The translations under genes were made by a program, and so were the position numbers. DNA of 43,784 nucleotides from a virus (taxonomy: Duplodnaviria; Caudoviricetes): the IMG/VR virus record IMGVR_UViG_3300048998_000064, positions 1 to 43,784 of that record, one strand, 5' to 3'. Below, piece after piece: positions 1 to 7,630 of the stretch; position 1 is the first letter of the stretch, and every line of letters starts with the position of its first letter. The notes under the pieces were generated by a model. It saw only the letters and a list, made by a program, of their open reading frames with translations, was not told the DNA's origin and did no database searches.

Positions 1-127
1 ACGCAGTACACCGACGAGCCCGTCACAGTGCCGCCGTCGGCCCGATACGTGCGGATCAACACGACGGCCACCGCAGCCAGCGCGAGCGGGATCAAGACCA
101 ACATCGTCGCCCCGAACATCGCCACAC
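1..127. repeat. Terminal overlap identical to 43658-43784 (circular assembly overlap)
   Basis: Exact 127-nt direct repeat at both ends; a reading frame continues across the junction. Confidence 0.97.
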
Positions 128-1251
128 GGCTGGCGGCGGTTGAGAACCTGGGCCTGGGCAACGTTGGCACCGCGCTGACGGCGTGGTCGACGCAAAACGT
201 GACCGCTACCCCGAACTTCCGCGTCGGCTCAGGCGGCGTGGTCTCGGCCGGCACTGGCTACAGCTACGGTCAGTACCAGATGACCGGGACAGAGACCGGC
301 ATGCGGGCAACGTGTTTCGTCGTCGGCTCCGGCAACGCGCTCGCCTATTTCTACAGCGACACGGCCTGCACGACCTTCCTGTCTGCATCCTCCCAGATGG
401 GTAGCCCGAGCGGCACGACCTACACCCAGCAGGCCATCACGATTCCGGCCGGCGCCCGCGGCGTGCGGGTGAACAGCGGCGTCGGCCACCAGCTGGTCGT
501 CGACTTCCTCGGCATCGACCCGAACGCTGGGGCGAAGATCGCCACCATCGGCCAGTCAACCACCTGGAAGAACAAGGTGCTCGACACCTTCGGCGACAGC
601 ATCACGGCACAGCAGATGTGGACGCCGCAGCTGTTCGCGAAGTTCGGCCTCCTCCGGGTCGACAACCACGGCGTCGCCGGCACGCGGATCGCCTACAATC
701 ACAGCGTCTCGGACCAGACGTCCTGCTTCTGCGACGACGCCCGGATCAATGTGCTGTCCGCCGATGCCGACCTGCTCATCGTCATGGGCGGGACGAACGA
801 CTTCGGCCAATCCAGCGTGCTCGGGTCGCTCCAGACCAAGGACAAGCGCGCGATCTCCGACATGGACCCGTACACGTTCTACGGGGCGTGCGAGATCATG
901 GCGATCAAGCTGCTGACCAAATACAGCAGCGCCACCCAGCGGCTTCTCTGGGCCAGCCAGACCTACGTCGACCCTGGCGTTACCCTGCCGGCGGGCTGGA
1001 CGAGCCGCTACCTCAACCCGCTTGGCCTAAGCCTCCACGACTACAAGAAGGCCACCCAGGAGGTCGCCGACAAGTACGGCATCCCGTTCCTCGACATGGT
1101 CCGGGAGTGCGGTTGGTCGACCCCAAACATCGACACCTTCGTGCAGCGCGAGGGCGGGCTGATGTCGTGGACGCACCCGAACAGCCTGGGTGGCGATCGC
1201 ATGGCCGCGGTCGTCTACCGCCGCATGCTCGACATGGCGCCGATCACCTAG
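1..1251 (+). CDS. C-terminal part of tail fibre/spike with SGNH (GDSL) hydrolase domain; continues from 42986 across the origin (~640 aa total)
   Basis: FGDSIT, G-GTND and HPNxxG SGNH blocks; in frame with ATG 42986 through the overlap; last gene of tail module. Confidence 0.85.
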   Translation, partial: TQYTDEPVTVPPSARYVRINTTATAASASGIKTNIVAPNIATRLAAVENLGLGNVGTALTAWSTQNVTATPNFRVGSGGVVSAGTGYSYGQYQMTGTETGMRATCFVVGSGNALAYFYSDTACTTFLSASSQMGSPSGTTYTQQAITIPAGARGVRVNSGVGHQLVVDFLGIDPNAGAKIATIGQSTTWKNKVLDTFGDSITAQQMWTPQLFAKFGLLRVDNHGVAGTRIAYNHSVSDQTSCFCDDARINVLSADADLLIVMGGTNDFGQSSVLGSLQTKDKRAISDMDPYTFYGACEIMAIKLLTKYSSATQRLLWASQTYVDPGVTLPAGWTSRYLNPLGLSLHDYKKATQEVADKYGIPFLDMVRECGWSTPNIDTFVQREGGLMSWTHPNSLGGDRMAAVVYRRMLDMAPIT

Positions 1252-1288
1252 TGCCCCTCAACCGACGCCCCAAGACGCCGGAGTACCG

Positions 1289-1576
1289 ATGACCGTCGAA
1301 CAGCTGCTTCAGTTCTACGCGCCCTTCGCCGGGCTGCTCGGCGTCGTGTTCTGGCTCGGCGTGCTGAGCAACCGCGTCAAGAACCTGGAAGACGACATCA
1401 AGCCGCCGGCGCACCTGGTGGAGGACCACGACCGCCTCGTCACCTTGGAGACGGAGGTTCGGGCGATGCGGGCCGAGCAGGAAAAGCAGGGCAGGGGCAT
1501 CGAGGGCATCCAGCGCACGCTCGCCAACTTCGTGACGCGGCCCAACTCCATCACTGAAATCAGGACTTCACCATGA
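1289..1576 (+). CDS. Small membrane protein with coiled coil (lysis cassette; holin/antiholin-like)
   Basis: GGAG upstream of ATG 1289; one TM segment followed by a coiled coil; precedes endolysin. Confidence 0.6.
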   Translation: MTVEQLLQFYAPFAGLLGVVFWLGVLSNRVKNLEDDIKPPAHLVEDHDRLVTLETEVRAMRAEQEKQGRGIEGIQRTLANFVTRPNSITEIRTSP

Positions 1577-1923
1577 AGAACCACGAGTGGCTCAGCGAGC
1601 GCATGGTCTTCGGCCTGCTGATCTTCGTTGGCTACTTCGTCGTGGCCGGGCTGAGTGTGGTCCTGCCGCTGAGCGATGGACAGAGGCAATCGGCGAAGGA
1701 CTCGCTGATCCTCGTTGGCCCGCTCCTCGGCGTCATCGTCAACTCGATCTGGAAGACGGACCGGATCGACCGGGTGAACGCCGACACGGCCAACAAGCAG
1801 GCCGAGACCATCGCCACCATCGCCCCGATCGCGGCGGCGGCCACACCGCCCAGCGCTGAGCCGCAGCCGGTGGTCGTCACCAACGCCGCTGAAAACCCGG
1901 TCCAAGTCACGGAGGCAACATGA
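1573..1923 (+). CDS. Putative holin (two TM segments)
   Basis: Two hydrophobic helices; ATGA overlaps with both neighbours; directly upstream of endolysin. Confidence 0.6.
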   Translation: MKNHEWLSERMVFGLLIFVGYFVVAGLSVVLPLSDGQRQSAKDSLILVGPLLGVIVNSIWKTDRIDRVNADTANKQAETIATIAPIAAAATPPSAEPQPVVVTNAAENPVQVTEAT

Positions 1924-2438
1924 ACCTGCCCGACCGCTTCGCCGTCTGCCTTCCCCGCATCCTGCGGCACGAAGGCGGCTATGTGAACAACCCGCACGAC
2001 AGGGGAGGGCCGACCAACCTCGGCGTCACCATCCCGACGCTCTCCGCCTTCGAACACCACGCCGTCACGGTGGACGAGATCAAGACGCTGACACCTGCGA
2101 CGGTGGCGTCGCTGTATCGCGCGCTCTACTGGAACGCCGCACACTGTGACGCGCTGCCCAAGGGGGTCGACTACATCGTGTTCGATGCGGGCGTGCTCTC
2201 TGGCGTCGGACGAGCTGTGCGGGTGCTCCAGGCCCTCGTGGGTGCCGAGCCAGACGGTGCTATAGGCCCGCGCACCCTGGCCGCTGTGGCGACGATGCCG
2301 CCGACCGAGATCGTGCGGGCGTTCTGCTCTCACCGAGAAGCCTACTACCGCGGTCTGGCCGACTTCGTTCACTTCGGGCGGGGGTGGCTGAGCCGGCTCG
2401 CCGAGACGCAGGCTCAAGCCCTGGCGGATGCGTCGTGA
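1920..2438 (+). CDS. Endolysin, glycoside hydrolase family 108 with C-terminal peptidoglycan-binding domain
   Basis: HEGGYVNNPHDRGGPTNLGVT, DGAIGPRTL and FGRGWLSRL motifs. Confidence 0.92.
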   Translation: MNLPDRFAVCLPRILRHEGGYVNNPHDRGGPTNLGVTIPTLSAFEHHAVTVDEIKTLTPATVASLYRALYWNAAHCDALPKGVDYIVFDAGVLSGVGRAVRVLQALVGAEPDGAIGPRTLAAVATMPPTEIVRAFCSHREAYYRGLADFVHFGRGWLSRLAETQAQALADAS

Positions 2439-2923
2439 GCGCCTTCCTCGCGCTCTTCGGTCTCCTAGGCGGCGGTACGGCCATCGCGGCCTTCATGTCG
2501 CCGCCCTTCCTCGTCTGGCTGATCCGCAACGCGAGTTGGTTGGCCCCCACGGTCGGGATCGTCGCCGTGATCGCCGTCTGCTGGAGCTACGTCGGCGGGC
2601 TCAAAGGTCAGATCCACACCGCCCAATCCCAGCGGAACGCCGCCGCCCTCGCCGACTTCCGCGCCCTGAACGACGTCATCACCTGGCGCACCAACTACGG
2701 GACCCTGGACGCCGCGCTAACCCGCCAGAGCGCCTCACTGATGGCCGCCGGGCACGCCGCCCTCGCCACACAGCGGGCCACAGAGGAAAGCGACAGGCGG
2801 GCCTCTCAGGCGGCTGTAGCGACAGACCGGACGATTGCCCAGCTACGGGCGGAAGCGGCGGCTGCACGGGCGCGGGGCGAAGAGCTTTGCGCGGCGGCGC
2901 TGCGGATCGGGAGGGGCGGGTAG
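2435..2923 (+). CDS. Inner-membrane spanin (Rz-like)
   Basis: GTGA overlap with endolysin stop; N-terminal TM region then long Ala-rich helix with a C-terminal Cys. Confidence 0.65.
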   Translation: MSAFLALFGLLGGGTAIAAFMSPPFLVWLIRNASWLAPTVGIVAVIAVCWSYVGGLKGQIHTAQSQRNAAALADFRALNDVITWRTNYGTLDAALTRQSASLMAAGHAALATQRATEESDRRASQAAVATDRTIAQLRAEAAAARARGEELCAAALRIGRGG

Positions 2924-3074
2924 TTCGCTGCGGGCCGGGCGCGACACCGGCTTCCCTTCGTCTTAACCGCATCCCTATCTGCGGGCCTGGGCGGGCTGTC
3001 TAAGGGTGGTGTGCACATTTGGGCCTGCGTGTCTGCTTTCCACGCCGCCGCAGCACGATGCTGTTAGCCTAGAA

Positions 3075-3093
3075 TCGTTGAATCTGCTAATCT
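3075..3093 (+). promoter_or_regulatory. Putative extended -10 promoter/operator for the 3130 gene
   Basis: TCGTTGAATCTGCTAA (3075-3090) also occurs inverted at 5025-5040; runs into TGcTAATCT. Confidence 0.55.
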
Positions 3094-3129
3094 TTTTACG
3101 TCAAATCACCCACCGAAAGGACCACTCCA

Positions 3130-3363
3130 ATGGAAGCCCAACACGTCGATTCCACCTCTGACGACCGCACGGTCAACAACGTCATGCGCCACGCCTACCG
3201 CGTGCTCAGCGACGACGAGAAGGCCCTGATGCAGGCGATCAAGGACGAGGGCCTGAAGTTCCACGAACTCGTGGAAAGCGCCGGCCAGAGCCGCGAGGTC
3301 TCCCTCGCCAAGACCAAGATCGAAGAGGCCGTCATGTGGGCGGTCAAGCACATCACGAAGTAA
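3130..3363 (+). CDS. Acb2/Tad1-like helical hairpin protein (candidate immune-signal nucleotide sponge)
   Basis: YRVLSDDEKALMQAIKDEG resembles the Acb2 N-terminal motif; REVSLAKTKIEEAVMW resembles the Tad1/Acb2 hairpin; AAGGA RBS. Confidence 0.75.
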   Translation: MEAQHVDSTSDDRTVNNVMRHAYRVLSDDEKALMQAIKDEGLKFHELVESAGQSREVSLAKTKIEEAVMWAVKHITK

Positions 3364-3364
3364 G

Positions 3365-3673
3365 GTGACGCGCGCCCAATGGCTGGGGGTGTCCGCAGTG
3401 TGGATGCCCCTCCTCCTCACCGCCTGCGCCACCACGCCCCCGCCGGCGCCCGTCGTGGTCACGCGGGATGTACCCGTTGCCGTCGTTACACCTTGCTCGC
3501 CCCAGCTCCGGCCAGAGCCCGCCTACCCGGATGGCGATGCGGCCTTGCGCGCCGAGCCGGATATCCTGGCGTTGGTGACGGACCTCCGCGCCGGCAGGGC
3601 TATGCGGATCGGGCGGATCGCCGAGCTGGAAGGCGCTCTACGGGCGTGCATGACGGCGGGCGGGGTTTATTGA
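3365..3673 (+). CDS. Outer-membrane lipoprotein spanin (Rz1-like)
   Basis: Lipobox LLTAC followed by Pro-rich segment and two further Cys residues. Confidence 0.75.
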   Translation: MTRAQWLGVSAVWMPLLLTACATTPPPAPVVVTRDVPVAVVTPCSPQLRPEPAYPDGDAALRAEPDILALVTDLRAGRAMRIGRIAELEGALRACMTAGGVY

Positions 3674-3999
3674 GGGGTAAGCCGCCAGCTTCCTTCGGGG
3701 GCGAGCCGACCAATCTTGCGGAGGTCGCTCAGCACTCGTTCAAGTACGCCAATTGAAATTGGCAGCCTACATTCGGGAGCGATTGCTACGGCAACGTCGT
3801 CTACGCTTTCAAACCCGCTGGGGAATGCCTTTAGTACACGCTGGACGATGATTGAAATGCGGCCACGCCTACGCATCATGACCGTCCGATTGAGCGTGGA
3901 CTCAACACGCTTGATCTCTTTTTCTTCAAGTTCCAGCGCTCGAATGGCCGCCTCGACTTGCCAGCGGCGCTCGCGGAGAAAGGCCCGGAATGCGCTCAC
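3667..3999 (-). CDS. Hypothetical protein (coiled coil plus possible winged helix)
   Basis: 110-aa ORF coupled by GTGA to an upstream 58-aa ORF; locally lower GC. Confidence 0.55.
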   Translation of the reverse strand: MSAFRAFLRERRWQVEAAIRALELEEKEIKRVESTLNRTVMMRRRGRISIIVQRVLKAFPSGFESVDDVAVAIAPECRLPISIGVLERVLSDLRKIGRLAPEGSWRLTPQ

Positions 4000-4172
4000 G
4001 GTGTTTCCATAATGTCGTGCGCGTGAAGCCGTAGAAGCGGCATGGCGCTTTGGATAGCAGCATGAAGCGCTTCTAGCCGTGAGCCCCGATTTCCCGGAGG
4101 GGCACGCTCGACCTCCTGCGAAAGCACGGCGATAGCCACGAGCTGAAGTTTCATTTCCTGCTCTTCGGTCAT
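3996..4172 (-). CDS. Small hypothetical protein (58 aa, MTEEQEMKLQL...)
   Basis: Read manually; AGGA upstream; stop overlaps the GTG of the 3667-3999 ORF. Confidence 0.55.
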   Translation of the reverse strand: MTEEQEMKLQLVAIAVLSQEVERAPPGNRGSRLEALHAAIQSAMPLLRLHAHDIMETP

Positions 4173-4198
4173 GCGAGTATCCTAGCCTATTTTCCCCT

Positions 4199-4226
4199 TT
4201 GAATCCAACGCTGTGAGGCGCATATT
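4199..4226 (+). promoter_or_regulatory. Putative sigma70 promoter for the tRNA-like RNA
   Basis: TTGAAT-N16-CATATT; predicted +1 near 4231-4233 coincides with the start of the terminal helix. Confidence 0.5.
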
Positions 4227-4232
4227 GGCGGG

Positions 4233-4318
4233 GCTGCGGCGGTCAAGGCCGCGCGTTCGAGTCGCGTCGGGGGCTCCGGCCCCCGTAGCTCAGCAGGCAA
4301 GAGCGTGGTCGCCGCAGC
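4233..4318 (+). ncRNA. Circularly permuted tRNA-mimic RNA (YrlA/Y-RNA-like module; closed acceptor stem, no anticodon)
   Basis: T arm GCGCG-TTCGAGT-CGCGT; acceptor CGGGGGC-TCCG-GCCCCCG; D arm GCTC-AGCAGGCAA-GAGC; ends pair as GCTGCGGCGGTCA/TGGTCGCCGCAGC. Confidence 0.85.
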
Positions 4319-4460
4319 AACGGCCAACCAACCCGCAATGGCCTTAACTGGCGGGGTTAGTCTCGCGGGGATGCGCTCAGTGCATCGTCGCGATGAGGCG
4401 GGAACAAAGACGGCGGGATGAACGGGCCTCCGGGCTTACCCGCTGGACAAAAGCCGTCCC

Positions 4461-4565
4461 TCAATACCCCACCAGCTTCCCCACCGCCCCGACCAACAGC
4501 ACGACAGCCAGGGCCGGTATTGTCACCCATGCCCAGACAGTGGCGCGGTGGCGGGGGATGTTCAC
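4461..4565 (-). CDS. Small single-TM peptide (34 aa, MNIPRHRATVWAWVTIPALAVVLLVGAVGKLVGY)
   Basis: GTG start 3 nt after the stop of the 4569-5015 ORF; hydrophobic. Confidence 0.45.
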   Translation of the reverse strand: MNIPRHRATVWAWVTIPALAVVLLVGAVGKLVGY

Positions 4566-4568
4566 GGG

Positions 4569-5015
4569 TTAGTAGAAACCCCAGGCTTCGCATGCCACGA
4601 CACGGGCCTCATGCTCGCTACGGCAGAGAATCTCGACGAAGTAGTTCGTATGCCGACGCTTCGTGTGCCGGTAGGCGTTGGCGTCAGGAACGCCCACCCA
4701 CCATCCGTTTTCGTCATGGGTCGCGTAAGCTCCGAACTGACGCTCCTTGTCTTCGTCTCCGATTGGCTGACGCTCCGCCGTGACGCCTGCGCGAAGGTGA
4801 ACCACCCCTGTTCGCTTGGCCGTGCGAGTTGGCACCCAATTCTTGCGCGGTGCATTCGCCCCGCCACGCAGCCGGAATTCCATTGCGGAGATAGCTCGCC
4901 GGGCCACGCCGGTGCGGCTCGCGGCTTCCGTAAGCGAGACGCCTTGTCGCCGCAACGCAAGCGCGTGACCCATCGGGTCGGGCTGCGGATCGAACATTTC
5001 GACGACGCTGGGCAT
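4569..5015 (-). CDS. Hypothetical protein with N-terminal HTH-like segment, probably leaderless
   Basis: RRQGVSLTEAASRTGVARRAI is HTH-like; -10-like TAAGGT lies 6 nt upstream of the ATG. Confidence 0.6.
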   Translation of the reverse strand: MPSVVEMFDPQPDPMGHALALRRQGVSLTEAASRTGVARRAISAMEFRLRGGANAPRKNWVPTRTAKRTGVVHLRAGVTAERQPIGDEDKERQFGAYATHDENGWWVGVPDANAYRHTKRRHTNYFVEILCRSEHEARVVACEAWGFY

Positions 5016-5021
5016 TCAAAT

Positions 5022-5040
5022 ACCTTAGCAGATTCAACGA
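5022..5040 (-). promoter_or_regulatory. Putative extended -10 promoter sharing the 16-bp motif at 3075-3090
   Basis: Minus strand reads TCGTTGAATCTGCTAAGGT. Confidence 0.55.
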
Positions 5041-5208
5041 AACAGACTACAAGGATCGCGGCCTTCCCGAGCGTTAGGACGACCGTCGGCTGTTCATTGG
5101 CGGTGGGTCTCAAGGGGAGCGTGTTCAGCCAACACGGGCCGAGGTTCGCGCTCGGCAGGCCTCCATCACCCTCTCCTCATCCCTGACCCTGGGCCAGATT
5201 CTACGACG

Positions 5209-5445
5209 TCACCGGTTTTCGCTCCAGATCACGCCGGTAGCATGTCCAGTCCCGACTATGGCCGGACTGCCAGGCCCTTTGCAGGTCCGACATTGGAACC
5301 GCATGGCCGTGATGTCCGCCTCGTAGCCCTTGCGCTCGGCGAGATCGATTAGGTCGATCTTCCTGTCCTTCCGGCAGACCCCGCAATAGACGCTGAGCTG
5401 GTAGTGGCGCTCGGCGCAGTGCTTCGGGGTGAGGCGGTCGGGCAT
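5209..5445 (-). CDS. Small zinc-ribbon protein, probably SOS-regulated
   Basis: CGVC...CRTC; a LexA box abuts the ATG at 5445. Confidence 0.7.
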   Translation of the reverse strand: MPDRLTPKHCAERHYQLSVYCGVCRKDRKIDLIDLAERKGYEADITAMRFQCRTCKGPGSPAIVGTGHATGVIWSENR

Positions 5446-5460
5446 GAACGCATGGAGAAC
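5446..5460 (-). promoter_or_regulatory. Alphaproteobacterial LexA box
   Basis: Minus strand GTTC-TCCATGC-GTTC is an exact GTTC-N7-GTTC match. Confidence 0.8.
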
Positions 5461-5498
5461 GCGGCTAACCCGCGAGTCAAGGCGCGAGCCCCTTGGAA

Positions 5499-5680
5499 GG
5501 TTTGACACTCGGCCCGCAACGCCTTAGCCCGCTTAGACGGGTAGGGAGCGGGTTTACAGGCTAAGTGGCTAAATTCGCTCAAAACCCATGCTCCCGTAGG
5601 GACTGCCAAGCGTTTTCAAAAGCTGTTGCACTACAATGGCTTGCGCGTGGGTTTGACAGGCGGGGCGGGAAGTTTGACGC
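5499..5680. other. attP: core 5591-5608 (tRNA 3' end, Glu-like) flanked by arm-type repeats
   Basis: CTCCCGTAGGGACTGCCA reads as T-stem strand + acceptor strand + G + CCA; GTTTGAC at 5500, 5651 and 5672; immediately downstream of the integrase. Confidence 0.75.
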
Positions 5681-5688
5681 CGGCCCGC

Positions 5689-6714
5689 TCACGATCCGTT
5701 CTCCAGCTTGTCCATCGCGGTGTCCGAAAGCCGCTCAATATCTGCGTCTTTCGTGTAGCGCTCGATTTCCGCGAGGGTCTGATGACCCAGCACAGCGGCT
5801 ATTTCTTTCGAGCTACACCCGGCTTCCGCGAGACGGCGGCCGGCGGCTTTGCGGAGCCCGTGCGGCGTGCGGCCATTGAGCCCAGCCGCTTCCGCTCTCT
5901 CAACAAACCACGACGTAAACCCGGCGGCACTGAACGGCTTGCCGTAGCCCGTGAGCAGGAAAGTCATCTCGTTGGGGGCTGCGTCGATCTCTGCCCTCAG
6001 CAGGGGATGCATGCGGATGGCTACGCGCGCGTCTGTCTTGAGCTGCTGAACGTGGATACGGCCCGCCTTCACATGCTGGCGGCCAATGGTCACAACGTCG
6101 CTTCGACGCTGGCCGGTGTAGAGCAGCAGAGCCAGTGCCAAACGCTCGCGCGTTCCTGACGGCCACCTCTTTTCGAAGGCGGCGATGTCCTCCTCAGACC
6201 ATGGCGTGAAACCCTTGGTCCGGTACTTGGGGGCCTCGGTGTCGCGGATAGGATTCTCTCCCATCCACCCCAGCTTGATCCCGAACCTGAACACCCGGCG
6301 TAGGCGCTTGCGCAGGTTCATGGCCTGCGCCCGTGACTCCATGCCCTCGAATATCTCGTCGAGCAGTTCGCGAGTGAAGTCTTTGACGAGGCAAACGCCA
6401 TAGTCCTTGCGGAAGCGGTCCAACTGGTTGCGCTGGCTGCGTTGCGTCGAAGCCCGAAGATCGCGGAATGTGCCCGACAGGAAGTAGGCAGCGAGGAGCG
6501 CGGAGAGCGTGCCGGGCTTTGATCTCTCTGATGCGACGCCTTGTGATCGGTCTGGCGTGTTGGCGGCCTCATAGGCGGCTAGGAAGCCCGGTGAGCCCAC
6601 GGTTGGCAAGGCGACCTTCTTGAAGCCCTTGCGCCTGTAGTAGGCCCGCTCACGGCCATGGCGGTCCTTGAACCTCTGAATGTACGGAAGGTCGATCTTC
6701 GCCACGTCGGTCAT
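5689..6714 (-). CDS. int: Tyrosine recombinase (phage integrase)
   Basis: TGQRRSD, HGLR, LGH and ERY catalytic motifs; N-terminal arm-binding region. Confidence 0.95.
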   Translation of the reverse strand: MTDVAKIDLPYIQRFKDRHGRERAYYRRKGFKKVALPTVGSPGFLAAYEAANTPDRSQGVASERSKPGTLSALLAAYFLSGTFRDLRASTQRSQRNQLDRFRKDYGVCLVKDFTRELLDEIFEGMESRAQAMNLRKRLRRVFRFGIKLGWMGENPIRDTEAPKYRTKGFTPWSEEDIAAFEKRWPSGTRERLALALLLYTGQRRSDVVTIGRQHVKAGRIHVQQLKTDARVAIRMHPLLRAEIDAAPNEMTFLLTGYGKPFSAAGFTSWFVERAEAAGLNGRTPHGLRKAAGRRLAEAGCSSKEIAAVLGHQTLAEIERYTKDADIERLSDTAMDKLENGS

Positions 6715-6932
6715 CCTGCGCGCCGTAGAATGGCCTCCACGGAATTGCGCGGAGCCACGACGGTCTCTTGCGGGTCAGCCGTCAAGACCTTCACGGCGCC
6801 CTCGGGCGAAACCTCGATTGACGTGATGACCTGACCGCATGCCTTGACCGCAGCGATGGCGGTGTCGAGCCTACGCCGCAGGCTTGGCAGATGGCGGGCT
6901 GGATAGCCTGCGGGGATCGAGGCGTCAGCCAT
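6711..6932 (-). CDS. Putative excisionase / recombination directionality factor
   Basis: 73-aa gene coupled by ATGA directly upstream of int. Confidence 0.5.
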   Translation of the reverse strand: MADASIPAGYPARHLPSLRRRLDTAIAAVKACGQVITSIEVSPEGAVKVLTADPQETVVAPRNSVEAILRRAG

Positions 6933-7630
6933 CAGGCAACCTCGTCGAAAATGTCGGGGTGCGCCAATCGCGGCGTCCACCTTGCCGGGCACTGTGCGGC
7001 GTCCCAGCGGTCAGCCATGGCACGGGCGATGTTGGCGGGCCGGTTGTGGTTTCGCGCCACGTCGGTGCTGTCGAGCGAGGCGAACGGATAGCCGCCCGTC
7101 GTCGCCAACTGCATTCCGCGCAGCATGTGCAGCCAGGGCATCCGGCGGTGACGCAGGGCGATACCGTTGAACGCCTCGTCCATGCGTCGACGCCACGACG
7201 GGCTCAGCACCTGCCAGTGCTCGTCGGTCGATCCGACGCAGACGCGGGGCCACTCGTCACAAAGCCGATAGAGGCGGTCCAGGGGCTCTCCAGAGTGCCA
7301 CACAGGGGCGCCGCGGTCGCCGTGCGGCCATTCCTTCAGAAGCGCGTCCTGCTGCTGCGACCCGGCGTCGATCTCGTCGGGGATCACGGCCCAAGTGGTC
7401 GGGTGGTCCAGCCAGCGGTCGCACCAAGAGTAGTAGCCGGGCCAATCGGTCGGCGGGCCCTTGGTGTGAGCTGTGAAGGCGCCGTTATCGAGGAGGACCG
7501 ACTGGCCGATCTGGTGAACGATCTCAACTTGATCGGGTCGGGCGTAGGACACGCAGAAGTTCTTGCCAGCCAGGGTGAGAAGCACGGCGGAAGGGGTGAT
7601 CGGCGTGCCGTGAAATTTGACGGTCACCAT
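6932..7630 (-). CDS. TGT-fold (queuine tRNA-ribosyltransferase/DpdA-like) base-exchange protein
   Basis: LLDNGAF, IPDEI, PVWH, HMLRG and SLDSTDVARNH motifs. Confidence 0.65.
   Translation of the reverse strand: MVTVKFHGTPITPSAVLLTLAGKNFCVSYARPDQVEIVHQIGQSVLLDNGAFTAHTKGPPTDWPGYYSWCDRWLDHPTTWAVIPDEIDAGSQQQDALLKEWPHGDRGAPVWHSGEPLDRLYRLCDEWPRVCVGSTDEHWQVLSPSWRRRMDEAFNGIALRHRRMPWLHMLRGMQLATTGGYPFASLDSTDVARNHNRPANIARAMADRWDAAQCPARWTPRLAHPDIFDEVA

Noticed and set aside
1-1251. Diversity-generating retroelement repeat pair in the tail fibre
   Set aside because: The repeats are diverged protein-level duplications, not adenine-specific variants, and no reverse transcriptase is visible
4233-4318. Ordinary tRNA gene or permuted tmRNA
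   Set aside because: The halves are swapped, with no anticodon loop, no U33 and no encoded CCA; it has a full D stem, no G3-U70 pair and no evident tag ORF, unlike tmRNA
5591-5608. tRNA gene near the integrase
   Set aside because: Only the 3' 18 nt are present; interpreted as the attP core
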